This document shows, piece by piece, positions 1 through 12,772 of a DNA stretch of 64,000 nt. The translations under genes and the position numbers were made by a program. The DNA is from Chiloscyllium plagiosum (lineage: Eukaryota). Location: the NCBI RefSeq assembly GCF_004010195.1, contig NC_057719.1:17040002-17104001 (forward strand). Direction: 5' to 3'. How positions within the stretch are numbered: position 1 is the first letter of the stretch; the number at the start of each line of letters is the position of its first letter. The notes under the pieces were generated by a model. The model was not told the DNA's origin and searched no databases. It saw nothing but the letters and a program-made list of their open reading frames with translations.

Positions 1-325
1 GTGTACAAGATGATTAGGGGGTTATATAGGGTTGACAGTGTGAACCTTTTTCCACATATGGAGTCGGGTATTACAAGAGGGCATAGCTTTAAATTAAGGG
101 GGGGTAGATATAGGACTGAAGTTAGGGGTAGGTTCTTCACTCAGCGAGTCGTAAGTTCATGGAATGCCCTGCCAGTAGCAGTGGTGGACTCTCCCTCTTT
201 ATGGGCATTTAAGCGGGCATTGGATAGGTATATGGAGGATAGTGGGTTAGTATAGGTTAGGTGGGCTTGGATCGGCGCAACATCGAGGGCCAAAGGGCCT
301 GTACTGCGCTGTATTCTTCTATGTT
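1..325 (+). mobile_element. CR1-clade LINE 3' end (ORF2 C-terminus and 3' UTR)
   Basis: ORF 1-255 reads YKMIRG..TRGHSFKLRGGRYRTEVRGRFFTQRVVSSWNALP..FKRALDRYM, the CR1 ORF2 C-terminus. The tail GGGCCTGTACTGCGCTGTA..TTCTATGTT follows, and the same tail recurs at 7250-7287. Confidence 0.9.
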
Positions 326-730
326 AGGTGACATTATGGCAGATGGCCAAAAGTTTGGTAAAAGAGGTAGATTTTAACAAGAAGTTCAATGAAGAGGAAG
401 AACAGCTCAAAATGTGGAGAGTTTAAGGAGAGGATTCCAGAGCTCAGGGCTCAGGTAGAAGAAGGCATACCCTCCAATGGTAAGCGTGATTAAAATTGTG
501 CATACTGAAAATATCAGAATTCGATGACAGCACATTTCTCAGAGTTGTGGAGCTGGAAGATATGCCCAAGATTGCAAGGTGTGAAGCTATGGAGATATTT
601 GAAAATGCATGCCAATTTTAAAGTTAAAATGTTGCTTCAATAAGAGCTAATCTCTTTCAGTCAGCACAGGTCCCAATGGGAGAAAAGAATTTGATTTAGA
701 TTGGAGGGCAAGGCCAGTTTTTGATGATGG

Positions 731-930
731 GAGTGTGGTTCAGGAAAAGCACAGCAGGTCAGGCAGCATCTGAGGAGTAAGAGAATCTACATTACATCAT
801 AAGCCCTGATGAAGGGCTAGTGCCTGAAACATCAATTCTCCTGCTCCTCGGATGCTGCCTGACCAGCTGTGCTTTTCTGGCACCACACTCTTGACCCTGA
901 TCTCCAGCGCCTGCAGTCCTCACTTTCTCC
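731..930 (+). mobile_element. Fold-back PLE-terminal-repeat-derived short element (family A) with degenerate hammerhead motif
   Basis: Inverted arms GAAAAGCACAGCAGGTCAGGCAGCATC / GATGCTGCCTGACCAGCTGTGCTTTTC; CTGATGA at 806-812 and GAAAC at 826-830; ends in CTGCAGTCCTCACTTTCTCC. Confidence 0.8.
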
Positions 931-934
931 CAGT

Positions 935-1480
935 TTGAATGACCTCAAGTTTACCAAGGATGGAACATGTGTGGTTGGCCAGGAGCATATTGGACTAATT
1001 ACGAGTTTCAGCAGCAAATTAATTTAAGTAGCAAAGTCTGGCAATGTTGCTCAGGTAGAAACTGATGGCCTTAGTGATATTGACAATATGGAGTTGGAAG
1101 CTCATATCAAGAGCAAGAATGACACCAAGGTTTTAACAAAGTTGTTTCCACATTAAACACTCACCAGGAAGAAGGATAGAGATAAGAGCTCGGAAATGGA
1201 GTTTGTACTGGGGACAAAAGATGATCAGTCTTCTCTGTTGTAATTTAGAGTAAAAAATAGTTTCATCAAGTAGTAGATGTTGAACAATTTAGCAACATTG
1301 GAGGATTCACAAAGGTGGTATTGTGATAGAGTCGTGCATCATTACTGTTGATGTAAAAATGAAAGCTTAAGTTTGGATGATGCTACTGAGCGGAAACATA
1401 TAGCTGTGAAACAGGAAAAGGGCCTAAATTCAATCCTTGGAGACAAGCAGGGGTAACCATATCCAAGGAGGAAAAGAAGA
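935..1480 (-). mobile_element. Old L2-clade LINE fragment (probably continues into 330-720 on the other side of the 731-930 insertion)
   Basis: The reverse complement of about 1035-1132 translates NLGVILALDMSFQLHIVNITKAISFYLSNIARL, typical of the L2 RT C-terminal region. Boundaries are approximate. Confidence 0.6.
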
Positions 1481-3349
1481 CATGGGAAATTATGCTGCAT
1501 CAGAGATATAATAAGAGATTTTAATTCTTATTAAGAGGTAATTTAGATCATAAGTAATTTCCTGATAATTTCTATCCACTGAGTTTAAGCCAGTCAATCC
1601 CAACAGTGCTTAGACTTGACTCTGTAGGATTAACATAACCATCCCACATGGAAGAAGTTGCTTGAGAATGTTACCTTCCTCAAACAGTCCTTTAATTTTA
1701 ATAAGACTTAAATATGTCATTAATATCCCTGATATTTTAAGACTGTGGGACTTTCTTTCTCTAGAATATATACTTCACTTAAGGCATACATAACAGCATA
1801 AGATAACTGGCAGTTGTACTAGAAATACATTAATAAGATAACTTATCAATTTTACAACTTAATTAATAGAAGTTAACAAGCAATACACTCAGTATTGATC
1901 AGTAAACTCTAATGTCAAAACAAGAATTATCAATGGATGTAACTGCAAATCTAATAGCATTCAGATTGATATTGCTTATAACCATTAAATAGCATCTAAA
2001 GAATATCTGAGAATATCCATGATTATCTATGAACAGAAAATCCATCAATGCTTAAAGTAAAGTTTTATCTCAAAGCCCTGAGTGACTAAGATACCTTCTT
2101 CCTCTGGGACAAAATGTTTTTAAGAAGCATCACTCCAATTAGATTGACAAGAATGGAATTAGTAAAGTGTAATGCCATCTGGTCAACTGTGGAGAGACAC
2201 TGGACTCACTCGTTATCAACACATTATTATTCATTAAGTCATCAATGATAACGTACGGTTATATGTCTGGCTTTTGTTCAAGCATGTCCTTTCTCCCTCA
2301 TTTTAAAGATAACAGTAATGGTCAAAGTCTGTAATCTCTGTGAAGAGAGAATTATTTAGTTAGAACAAAGAACAATACAGAAGAGAAACAGGCCCTTCGG
2401 CCCTATAGCCCTTTTGCCTACTACGCATTTTGCCTTTCCATACTAAAGTGTATTTAAGCTATACATAAGTGATACAGAATGAGTATTTAGTGAGTGTTTG
2501 TAAAGCATCTACTGGTCAGTAGAAGAAGGAATGCTATCTGAGCAAACCAGAGTGAGCTGAAGGATATTCTCATTCATGGGATGGCATCAGGGTTTAAAGG
2601 TCTGGCTGACTTTGGAGATGATTATAGCCAGATGCTGATTGACATATAACTAGGCAATTGTAGTCCATTAAATTATTCATTCTGCAATTCCATTGAAACA
2701 AATAATGATTGGGAGCACAACAAAAAATATGTTGCATTAAATTGATGTGACTTCAAAGATGTAATGTTTCCTCTATAGAAATATTCTCAATGAATATGAT
2801 GACCATTAATTCTTACTGCTGTGAAAATGTGTGTAGTTATCATGGTTAAATTGGGCTCTAGGGGTCAGTGCACTCACCCAGCAGTCAGTCTTCTTCCAGG
2901 ATTGACACTTTTTGAACATAAAACAATGAGTCGTGCGCCTCTTCAGAGTTTAGGCTTCAACTTGAACCGAAAAATAAATGATGTTTCATGCTGTTTCAAG
3001 CAATTAGAATTTGAAAGAACAGAATTAAGTGGAAAATATTTTGATCCATTGGAATTTTTGTACAGTAGGAGAAGATAAAATCAGTCCAACTGTCCTGATT
3101 GTATAATGTTTGGTAGATAGATACACAATATGTGTACTGTTGTCTGCTATATTCCTGTGTGATGTGTTTGATGTGGTTCTTTGGATTCCAGTACTGAAGG
3201 AAATAACTGGACTTTGGTCCATTAGAATTTGTTACAAATTCTGCAGACATCATCAATGCATTTGATGTTGATTATTAGTTCCAAAGTTATCCTGCTATTT
3301 CCTTCTCCAATTTTCATGAATTGCAGTTTCCTGAGAAAACAGACACAGA

Positions 3350-5495
3350 TAGAGTCATAGAGATGTACAGCATGGAAACAGACCCTTCAGTCCAACTCAT
3401 CATTGCCTACCAGAGATCCCAAGCTAATCTAGTCCCACCTGCCAGCACCTGGTCCACATGCTTCCAAACACTTCCTATTCACATATCCATCCATACCAGT
3501 CTCCACCACTCCCTCTGGCAGCTCATTCCATACACGCACCACCCTCTGCTTGAAAAGAGTTGCCCCTTAGGCCCTATCCATGCCCCTTATGATTTTACAA
3601 ACCTCTACAAGGTCACCCCTCAGCCTCCGATGCTCCAGGGAAAACAGCCCCAGTCTGTTCAGCCTCTCCCTACAGCTCAAATCCTCCAACCCTGTCAACA
3701 TCCTTGGAAATCTTTTCTGAGCCCTTTCAAGTTTCACAACATTCTTCTGATGGGAAGGAGACCAGAATTGCACGCAATATTCCAACAGTGGCCTAACCAA
3801 TGTCCTGTACAGCCACAACATGACCTCCCAACTCCTGTACTCAATACTCTGACCAATAAAGGAAAGCATACCAAACACCTTCTTCATTATCCTATATACC
3901 TGTGACCCTATTTTCAAACAACTATGAACCTGTACTCCAGGGTCTTTTTGTTCAGCAATACTCCCTAGGACCTTACCATTAAATGTATTAGTCCTGCTAA
4001 GATTTGCTTTCCCAAACGGCAGCACCTCGCATTTATCTAAATTAAGCTCCATCTTTGACTCCTCAGCCCATTGGCACATCTGATCAAGATCTCATTGTAA
4101 TCCAAGGTAACTTTCTTCACTGTACACTACACCTCCAATTTTGGTGTCATCTGCAAACCTACTAACAATACCTCTTAACCTCACATCCAAATAATTTATG
4201 TAAATGATGAAAAATAGCGGACCCAGCACCGATCCTTGTGGCACTCTACTGGTCACAGGCCTCCAGTCTGAAAAACAACCCTTCACCACAACCTTATGTC
4301 TTCTATCTTTGAGCCAGTTCTGTATCCAAATGGCTAGTTCTCCCTGTATTCCATGAGATCTAACCTTGCTAACTAGTTTCCCATGGGGAACCTTGTTGAA
4401 TGCCTTACTGATATCCATATAGATCACATCTACTGCTCTGCCCTCATCAATCTTCTTCAAAAAATGCAATCAAGTTTGTGAAACATGATTTCTCACGCAC
4501 AAAGCCATGTTGACTATTCCTAACCAGTTCTTTCCAAATACGTGCACATCCTGATCCTCAAGATTCCCTTCAACAACCTGCCCACCTCTGATGTCAGGCT
4601 CACTCCTCTATAGTTTTCTGGCTTGCCCTTACCACCTTTCTTAAATAGTAGCACCACATTAGCCAATTTCCAATCTTCCGGAACCTCACCTGTGACTTTT
4701 GATGATACAAATATCTCAGCAAGGGGCCCAGCAATCACTTCCCTAGCTTCCCACAGTGTTCTAGGAAACACCTGATCAGGTTCTGGGGACTTATCCACTT
4801 TTATGCATTTCAAGACATCCAGCACTTCCTCCTCTGTAATATGGACATTTTTCAAGATGTCAAAATCTATTTCCCTACATTCTATACCTTCCATGTCCTT
4901 CTCTACAGTAAACACTGATGCAAAGTACTCATTTAGTATCCCCCATCTCCTGCAGATCCACACAAAGGCCGCCTTGCTAATCTTTGAGGGTCTAGATTAG
5001 AGTGGTGCTGAAAAAGCACAGCAGGTCAGGCAGCATCTGAGGAGCAGGAAAATCAACGTTTCAGGCAAAAGCCCTTAATCCTCATTTTTGCCAAGTTGAT
5101 CTTTGAGGGGCCCTATTCTCCACTACTTACCCTTTTTTCCTTAATGTATTTGTAAAAACCCTTTGGATTCTCCTTAACTCTATTTGCCATAGCAATCTCA
5201 TGTCCAGTTTTTGCACTCCTGATTTCCCTCTTAAGTATACTCTTACTGCCTTCATACTCTTCTAAGGATTCATTCGATCTATTCTGTCTATACCTGACAT
5301 ATGCATCCTTCTTTTTCTTAACCAAACCCTCAATTTCTTTAGTCATCCAGCATTTCCTCTCCCTACCAGCCTTGCCTCCTCACCCTAACAGGAATACACT
5401 GTCTCTGGACTCAGGTTCTCTCATTTCTGAAGGCTTCCCAATTTCCAACCATCCCTTTACCTGCAAACATCTGCCCCCAATCAGCTTTTGAAATC
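3350..5495 (-). mobile_element. CR1/HER1-type LINE, 5'-truncated, decayed RT
   Basis: Minus-strand ORFs contain KSPEPDQVFPRTL, VDVIYMDISKAFNKVPH, VPQGSVLGPLFF, FADDTK and YRTLVRPLLEYCVQFWSP, with frameshifts and stops; the 3' tail ATAGAGTCATAGAG lies near 3350. Confidence 0.95.
4991..5095 (-). mobile_element. Family A short element inserted in CR1
   Basis: Family A core sequence flanked by duplicated ATCTTTGAGGG (4980-4990 and 5099-5109). The CR1 copy at about 61985-62000 shows the uninterrupted site. Confidence 0.8.
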
Positions 5496-6647
5496 TTTAG
5501 TTTTCACTTTGTTTTCTGAGCACCTGTGGCCTTTTGTATGATTTGAAAAAAAATTCATTTTACACTCATATTAAAAGTTTAAATGAGTTAATAATGGATA
5601 CCTGTCAGCGAATTACAAAGCAATAATCCAATTGAGGGTTTCCATTGACATTATAAACCGCAAAAGCTAAAGGTTAATGAAGCTTGAGCAGTTCATTCGA
5701 ACCTTGAGATTAGATTAATCCCTTAAGGTCACTGAGAGATATCTGTTACTCGACATGATATGTACATATTAGTGAATTCCATTTACAATGCTATTTTTTT
5801 CACTGCTATAGTTAAGCTTCCTTTTCCTTCAGCAATTGTAAACTGCGAAGGAGCACTATATTTGTGATGTAGCGTTGGCACTACTGTCAGACTGCTTTTT
5901 TAAAGTGACTCATATTAAAATCACTCCCATAATACATATTATGAAATGGTCTATTGGTTTGGCAGGCTATCTTATTGAATGTTTTAATTCAGCTTGTGAA
6001 TATTCAGGGAACATCAATCAGCATTTAAGAAAAAAAAACAAACTGAAGCCATTTTATGCACAGCATGTGGTAATTGTGTATTTTTATCTCCCTGTTGACC
6101 AGTTTTGCTTTTTATAAGCGATCATTGTGTCAGTTGCAAGCTTGTGTGTTAGAATATTAAATGCTGATACACTGCATACTCTCCTCCATCTTCTCTACTT
6201 TTATAAGATTGGACTCGGCTGCCTGGAAAGCAACATATTGATTCAGGAAGGTTCTACTACTTAATGCCAAGAGTTCAGATGTAGTTCAATGATCAGAGAT
6301 CCTCCCTATCATCAGGCGTCAATGGAAAATTTTAATTACTGAATGTTTTTCTAGTGAAATAGAGCTTCAAGCGAGTGTTTTGCTCTGACTCAAGAGTAGG
6401 GTTGACCAGCCCTTGAGGAATGATACACCGTTCAATAAGGTCACAACTGATCTGATTAAGGTCTCAACTTCATTTTTCCCTCTGCCCCCATAACCCTTGA
6501 CTTTCTTGCCTTTCAAAAATCTATCTGGCTTTGCCTTGATCAAATTCAATGGCCCTATCTTCAATGTTTTCTTGGGAAAAGAATTCTACACATCAACTAT
6601 TATCTGAGAGAAAGAAGTTTTCCTCATCTTTATTTCAAAAGGGAGAA

Positions 6648-7105
6648 ATAGAGTCATAGAGATGGACAGCACTGAACCAGGTCCAACTCGTCCGTGCCAA
6701 TCAAATGTCATAACCTAATCTAGTCCCATTTGCCAGCACTTGGCCCATATCCCTCTAAACCCTTCCTAATCATATACCCATCCAGATGCCTTTTAAATGC
6801 TGTACTGTACCAGCATCCACCTCTTCCTCTGGCAGCTCATTCCATACATGGACCACCGTCTGCATGAAGAAATTGCCCCCTTAGGTCTCTTTTATATCTT
6901 TCTCCTCTCACCCTAAACCTGTGCCTTCTAGTTCTGGACTCACCCACACCAGGGAAAAGATCTTGTCTATTCACCCTATCCGTGCCCCTCATGATTTTAT
7001 AAACCTCTATCAGGTCATCCCTCAGCCTCCAATGCTCCAGGGAAATCAGCCCCAGCCTATTCAGCCTCTCCCTATAGGTCAAATCCTCCAACACTGGCAA
7101 CATCC
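6648..7105 (-). mobile_element. CR1/HER1-type LINE 3' fragment
   Basis: ORF 6837-7181 reads YRERLNRLGLISLEHWRLRDDLIEVYKIMRG..TRRHRFRVRG; tail near 6650. Confidence 0.9.
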
Positions 7106-7109
7106 TCGT

Positions 7110-7287
7110 ATGTAGATTCGCAGTAGTAGATTCGCCAAGTTTAAGTGCATTTAAGTCGTCATAGGACAGGCATATGGACATACATGGAATAGTGTAGGTG
7201 GGATGGGCTTCAGATTAGTATGACAGGGCAGCGCAACATCGAGGGCCGAAGGGCCTGTACTGCGCTGTAATGTTCTATGTTCTATGT
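7110..7287 (+). mobile_element. CR1 3' tail fragment (same subfamily as 1-325)
   Basis: GCGCAACATCGAGGGCCGAAGGGCCTGTACTGCGCTGTAATGTTCTATGTTCTATG matches about 275-325. Confidence 0.8.
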
Positions 7288-7619
7288 CTTCTCATTTTAG
7301 TCTTCTCACAAGAGGAAGCATCCTTTCAACACCCTATCAAGTCCCCTCAGACTAATATATATTTCAATAATAAGGTCACCTCTCATTCTGCTAAACTCTA
7401 ATCATTTTCATTCCATTCAGTACCTTTTGTTGCAAGATAAACCTTCATCTCTGGAATACCTTGACAGAATCATCTCTGAACAGCTTCTAACACAATACAG
7501 AAAGAAAAAAAAAGTACATTGTTGAGACCACTTCTGAAACTCAAAGTCCTATATTTGCAATGAAATGCTCCAAACCTTGTGACGATGTCATGGAGCAGCT
7601 CCTCACTGAGCTCAGGAAT

Positions 7620-7738
7620 GAGCTTGTGCTCGAATCGTCGATTCTCCTGCTCCATGGATGCTGCCTGCCCAGCTGTGCTTTTCCAGCACCACACTTTTTG
7701 ACTCTGATCTCCAGCATCTGCAGTCCTCACATTCTCCC
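7620..7738 (+). mobile_element. Family A short element, 5'-truncated
   Basis: GAGCTTGTGCTCGAATCGTCGATTC (stem II remnant) through CTGATCTCCAGCATCTGCAGTCCTCAC. Confidence 0.8.
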
Positions 7739-8893
7739 AAGGACCACACACATGCTGACAGCATAAATTGGAGAAGCATCTACAGTGTGCATTGTTGCTA
7801 CCGATCCAGGGCACTGCTGGTTAACACTGTTCTCAGGTTATACCTTATAACACCAGGACATCCGAAGGACAATAAATGACATATTCTTTTATCTTTAGTT
7901 TTATATTCACAATTACTCCTTTTTAACTTTGTATTTTACAGTTTATTCAACATTGTGTTTTTATTATTTTTCTCAAGTTTAGTAATCAATAAAATTCCTT
8001 TCCTTAGTTCAAAATAATTTGTAATTGGCTCATTAGTATTTCTGGTGAACTAACAAAAACATTTTAATTGAAGTGAAATATATTTGTGTTCTAATAAAAT
8101 CTTTGTTGTGACTATCTGAGAAAGTTGAAAAGAGGAGAGCTGATTCTCCCTGCTCCTCAGTAGGTTGTATCATTAACCTCATCCAGGTCATGGTGATTAT
8201 ATGTTCACATGACATCTCCTACATCACTGAACTCTGATCTTGCACAATGCACAACATCTCAATCACTTCCAGCAGTGCTCCCTGTCATTCATGACCAACA
8301 TCTCATCTTCACACAATTGTCAATGTTTGCCAACTTCACACCCACTTCTTTCTACCATTACACATCTCCACTTATACACCTAGCACGGGTCCTTTGCCCA
8401 AACACTGCGACATATTCAGTGACATTCTACACTCTCTCGGACAAGGCATTACAGAATAGAATGGATCAGAGTCAGTGGAGAAAAAGCATTTCTTTATCTC
8501 CTGAACCCTACAAAAGGGATGTCTCTCAGTATCATCGATGGGTGGTGCTGGGGCTCTAGGAACCTAATATTCCTGAGCACATTGTGGTTAACAGCATATT
8601 TCTGCCTTATTCTCAACTTCCAATTCACCCTTATCCTGCCGTGATGGTGTGACTGTGAGTCTGTCTTGAATTGATGACCTTTTACTCTAAGACAATGCCC
8701 TCTGGTCCTACAGTGACCCAGAAGGGGAAACAGTGGTAGAAGCATTCCATTGCCAGAAACATTGATAACTTGAGGAGACAGTATTGAGGTGAGTGATGAA
8801 AGAATCAGGGCTGAAAGAGGATTATAAGATCACAAGGTGTCGGAACAGAAGTAGGTCATTCAGCCAATCCAGTCCACGCTACTGTTTTATACG

Positions 8894-9101
8894 GAGGAGA
8901 AAGTGAGGTCTGCAGATGCTGGAGATCAGAGATGGAAATGTGTTGCTGGAAAAACACAGCAGGTCAGGCAGCATCTAGGGAACAGGAGAATCGACGTTTC
9001 GGGCATTGGCCTGAAGAAGGGCTAATGCCCGAAACGTCGATTCTCCTGTTCCCTAGATGCTGCCTGACCTGCTGCGTTTTTCCAGCAACACATTTCCATC
9101 T
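8894..9101. mobile_element. Fold-back family A element with target-site duplication
   Basis: 78-bp inverted arms at 8930-9007 and 9024-9101 with one mismatch; hammerhead core CTGAAGA at 9011-9017 and GAAACGTC at 9031-9038; TSD ACTGT(T/A)TTATACG at 8881-8893 and 9102-9114. Confidence 0.9.
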
Positions 9102-9839
9102 ACTGTATTATACGCCCAACTGTTACTATCCGAATACAGTATCTGAAGTAATTTTCGATAGTAATATTCTAAAGGAAATTGGATATATGTTTTCAGGTGG
9201 AGAGGAGAATGGAAAGAACTATGAGGATATGTGTTGAATTAAATACCTTCTGTAAAGACTGGGCTCAGGGCTGAATTGCCTGCTTTACTAGATAAATTAA
9301 AAATAAAAGAGGCGAAAATAAATATGCTGCTGAAATAGGCAGGCTCATGGAACTTTCAGACGTGCAAACTGATTAATTTTGTTAAGAAATACGCCGAGTG
9401 GCAATATTAAAAGAAACAATGAAATGATCAGAGAGACCAGAGAGTACACTTACACTTGTCCTTTAAAGGTGACAGAACACATTAAGAAATCTGTCTAAAA
9501 AAAAGGCACTTGGAACCTTGTTTTTTTTAGTATAAGCTTTGATTACAAAATGATGAAAGCTTCTTTAAACCTTTACAAGCCACTAGTTAAACTTCAGCTG
9601 GGGACTTGTGTTCCATTCAGTGGACCACATACAAAAAGTATATCAGGGCCTTGATGTCAGGGTATATAGGAGAGCTATTAAAATGGTATCAGGGTAGAAG
9701 GAGTTCAGTTACATGACGATATTGAAGATGCTAGAGTACCTTTGGGGCAGGAAAGGTTCAGAGTTAATTTGATGGAGGTTTTCAAAATTACAATTGGCTT
9801 CATGGAAGGAAATAAGATGAAACATTTTTTTCAGCTGCA

Positions 9840-11115
9840 AAAGCATTTGACAAGATTCCCCATGGGAGATTGGTTAGCAAGGTTAGACCTCATGGAATAC
9901 AGGGAGAATTAGCCATTGATACAGAAGTAGATCGAAGGTAGAAGACAAGATGATGGTGACCAATGGAGTGTCACAGGGATCATTTCTAGGTCCACTACAC
10001 TGCGTCATTTATATAAATAATTTGGATGTGAACATTGGAAGAATAGTTATTGAGTTTGCAAATGACACCAAAATTGGAGGTGCAGTGGACAGTGAAGAAG
10101 GTTACCTCAGAGTACAATAGGATCTTGATCAGATGGGCCAATGGCCTGAGGAGTGGCAGATGGAGTTGAATTTAGATAAATATGAGATGCTGCATTTTGC
10201 AAAAGCAAATCAGAATAGGACTTATACACTTAATGGTAAGGTCCTAGGGAGTGTTGCTGAACAAAGAGACCTTGGAGTGCAGGTTCATAGCTCCTTGAAA
10301 GTAGAGTCACAATTGGATAAGATAGTGAAGGCGGCATTTGGTCTGCTTTCCTTCATTTATCAGAGCATTGATGCATAGGAGTTAGAAGGTCATGTTGCAG
10401 TTGTACAGGACATTGGTAAAGCCACTTTTGGGATTATGTGTGCAATTCTGGTCTCCTTCCTATCGGAAGGATGTTCTGAAACTTGAAAGGATTCAGAAAA
10501 GATTTACAAAGATGTTGTCAGGGTTGAAGGATTTGAGCTATAGGGAGAGGTTGAATAGACTGTGGCTGCTTTCCGTGAAATGTCAGTGGCTGAGGCATGA
10601 CCTTGTAGAGGTTTATAAAATCATGAGGGGCATGGATAGGATAAATAGACAAAGTCTTTTTCTTGGAGTGGGGGAGTCCAGAACTAGAGGGCATAGGTTA
10701 AGGGTGAGGGGAAAGATATAAAAGAGACATAAGGGGCAACTCTCTCATGCAGTGGTATGTGTGCAGAATGAGCTGCCAGATGAAGTGGTGGATTCCTGAT
10801 CCACTTTTGCCCAAAACGTCAATTTACCTGCTCCTCGGATGCTGCCTGACCTGCTGTGCTTTTCCAGCACTATTCTAATCTTGACTCGTACCTCTAGCAC
10901 CTACAGTACCCACTTTCGCCTGCCAGATGAAGTAGTGGTGGCTGGTACAATTGCAGTGTTTAAAAAGCATTTGAATGGGTATATAAATAGGAAGGGTTTA
11001 GAGGGATATGGGCCAAGTGCTGGCAAATGGGACTATATTAGGTTAGGATATCTGGTCCGCATGGACGAGTTGGACCAAAGGGTCTGTTTCCATGCTGTCC
11101 ATCTCTATGCCTCTA
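9840..11115 (+). mobile_element. CR1/HER1-type LINE, 5'-truncated
   Basis: ORFs 10133-10378, 10392-10721 and the distal part of 10839-11141 are consecutive CR1 ORF2 C-terminal fragments. An older CR1 relic lies upstream at about 9380-9830. Confidence 0.9.
10792..10919 (+). mobile_element. Family A short element inserted in CR1
   Basis: Family A core; 19-bp TSD CTGCCAGATGAAGT(G/A)GTGG at 10773-10791 and 10920-10938. Confidence 0.85.
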
Positions 11116-11649
11116 AGAGAATTTGGAACCAGCTGTCATAGGTTTAACATGATTGGCAAAAGAACCATCAGGAAAGCACATTTTTAAAATATACCTGGTT
11201 GACAGTATCTGGAGAGCAGTGCCTTACATTGAAGTGGAAACAGATACAATATTTGAAAGGAAATTGCATAAAAATTTGAAGGTAGCCTACTTCTTGGTTC
11301 GGCTCAGTAAGTGGCCTCCTTCTTCCCAATAGCACTGTTTCTGTGTTTCACCTCAGGTGCACTGCACCACTTCCATGGGATCAGTCATTGTTACCAACAT
11401 GTGCTAAGATGTGGTCTACACTCATGTGAGTGAACTTTCAGAAGGTTTATTATTACTCAACTGTCTACAAGGTATAGAAAGAGAGGGCACTTCCCGTAAC
11501 CCAACAAACTCAGGCTGCAGTTCTGTTTGATCTAACATCACTATGTTAGAGCTCCTTTGGCACATGTTCTGTAGCTGGTAATGTACAATTAACCCTCTAG
11601 TCCTCCCTTCCATTGCATGCAAAAGGAAAACAGACTTAAGGAGGTTATA

Positions 11650-12419
11650 GTCGAGAGTGTGGTGCTGGAAAAGCACAGCAAGTCAGGCAGCATCCGAGGA
11701 GCAGGAGAATCGACGTTTCAGGCATAAGCCCTTCATTAGGAATGAAGCTTGCGGGTTAAGGGGGCTAAGAGATAAATGGGAGGGGGGCAGTTGGACTGGG
11801 GGGGAAGGTAACTGAGAGTGCAATAGGTAGATGGAGGTGGGGGTGAAGGTGATAGGCCAGAGAGGAAGGTGGAGTGGATAAGTGGGAAGGAAGATCAACA
11901 GGTAGGACAGGTCATGAGCGTGGTGCCAAGTTGGAAGTTTGGATCTGGGATAAGGTGGGGGGAAAGGAAATGAGGAAACTGGTGAAATCTACTTTAATCC
12001 CGTGTGGTTGGAGGGTCCCAAGGTTGAAGATAACGCGTTCTTCCTCCAGACATTGGGTGGTTAGGGTTTGGTGATAGAGGAGACCCAGCACCTGCATGTC
12101 CTTGGCAGAGTGGGAGGGGGAGTTAGTGTTCGGCCACGGGATGGTGGGGTTGCTTTGTGCGTGTGTCCCGGAGATGTTCTCTAAAGCGTTCCACAAGTAG
12201 GCGTCCTGTCTCCCCTATGTAGAGGACACCCCTACATCGGGAATAATGGACACAGTAAATGATGTGTGTGTAAGTGCAGGTAAGTCCCTGTGGGAGGCTC
12301 CTTTTGAGGCCTTAGATGGAGGTGAGGGGGGAGGCGTGGGTGTAGGTTTTGTAATTCTTGCAGTGTCTGAAGCGTTCTGCAAGTAGGCGTCCTGACACCT
12401 TCTCCTCCTCACTTTCTCC
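11650..12419 (-). mobile_element. Penelope-like element 3' fragment (GIY-YIG region and terminal repeat)
   Basis: ORF 11912-12196 reads KDMQVLGLLYHQTLTTQCLEEERVIFNLGTLQPHGIKVDF, the PLE GIY-YIG C-terminus. The family A repeat lies at 11650-11745, with a probable TSD at 11636-11649 / 12420-12433 (12 of 14 match). Confidence 0.85.
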
Positions 12420-12772
12420 TTAGGGAGATTATACACAGACTACACACAGTAAAAGGAATAGATACATGACAGATGAAAATTAATGCAGAAAATGCAAAAG
12501 TCTTCATGTTATTAGGAAGAATGAGGTGAGCCCAAATGAATAAGCTTTTAAAAGAGGTGTATGTCTTCCCTTATCCAGGGCAAGATGGGAAGGCGATTTG
12601 AAAAATAAAATAATTTTGGCTCACTGACTTTAAAAATAGAGGTAGAGGGTATAAAAGTGACAATGTTATGCTCAGCCTTGTTTTAACATTAGCAATAAAT
12701 TCTGAGACCTTAAAAAGATGCCAAGACCAAAGAAAGGGCGCAAAGGAAATGTACTGGACTGATACCAGTGAC

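Noticed and set aside
3321..3905. 194-aa + strand ORF
   Set aside because: It is the antisense frame of the CR1 3' region; similar peptides recur wherever CR1 is inverted.
8930..9101. Long hairpins as microRNA precursors or DNA-transposon MITEs
   Set aside because: The arms are asymmetric, breakpoints and TSD lengths vary, and the sequence matches PLE termini. No small-RNA evidence is available here.
8932..9237. Recurring peptide WKSTAGQAAS..QENRRF in many short ORFs as a gene family
   Set aside because: It is only the translation of the family A repeat.
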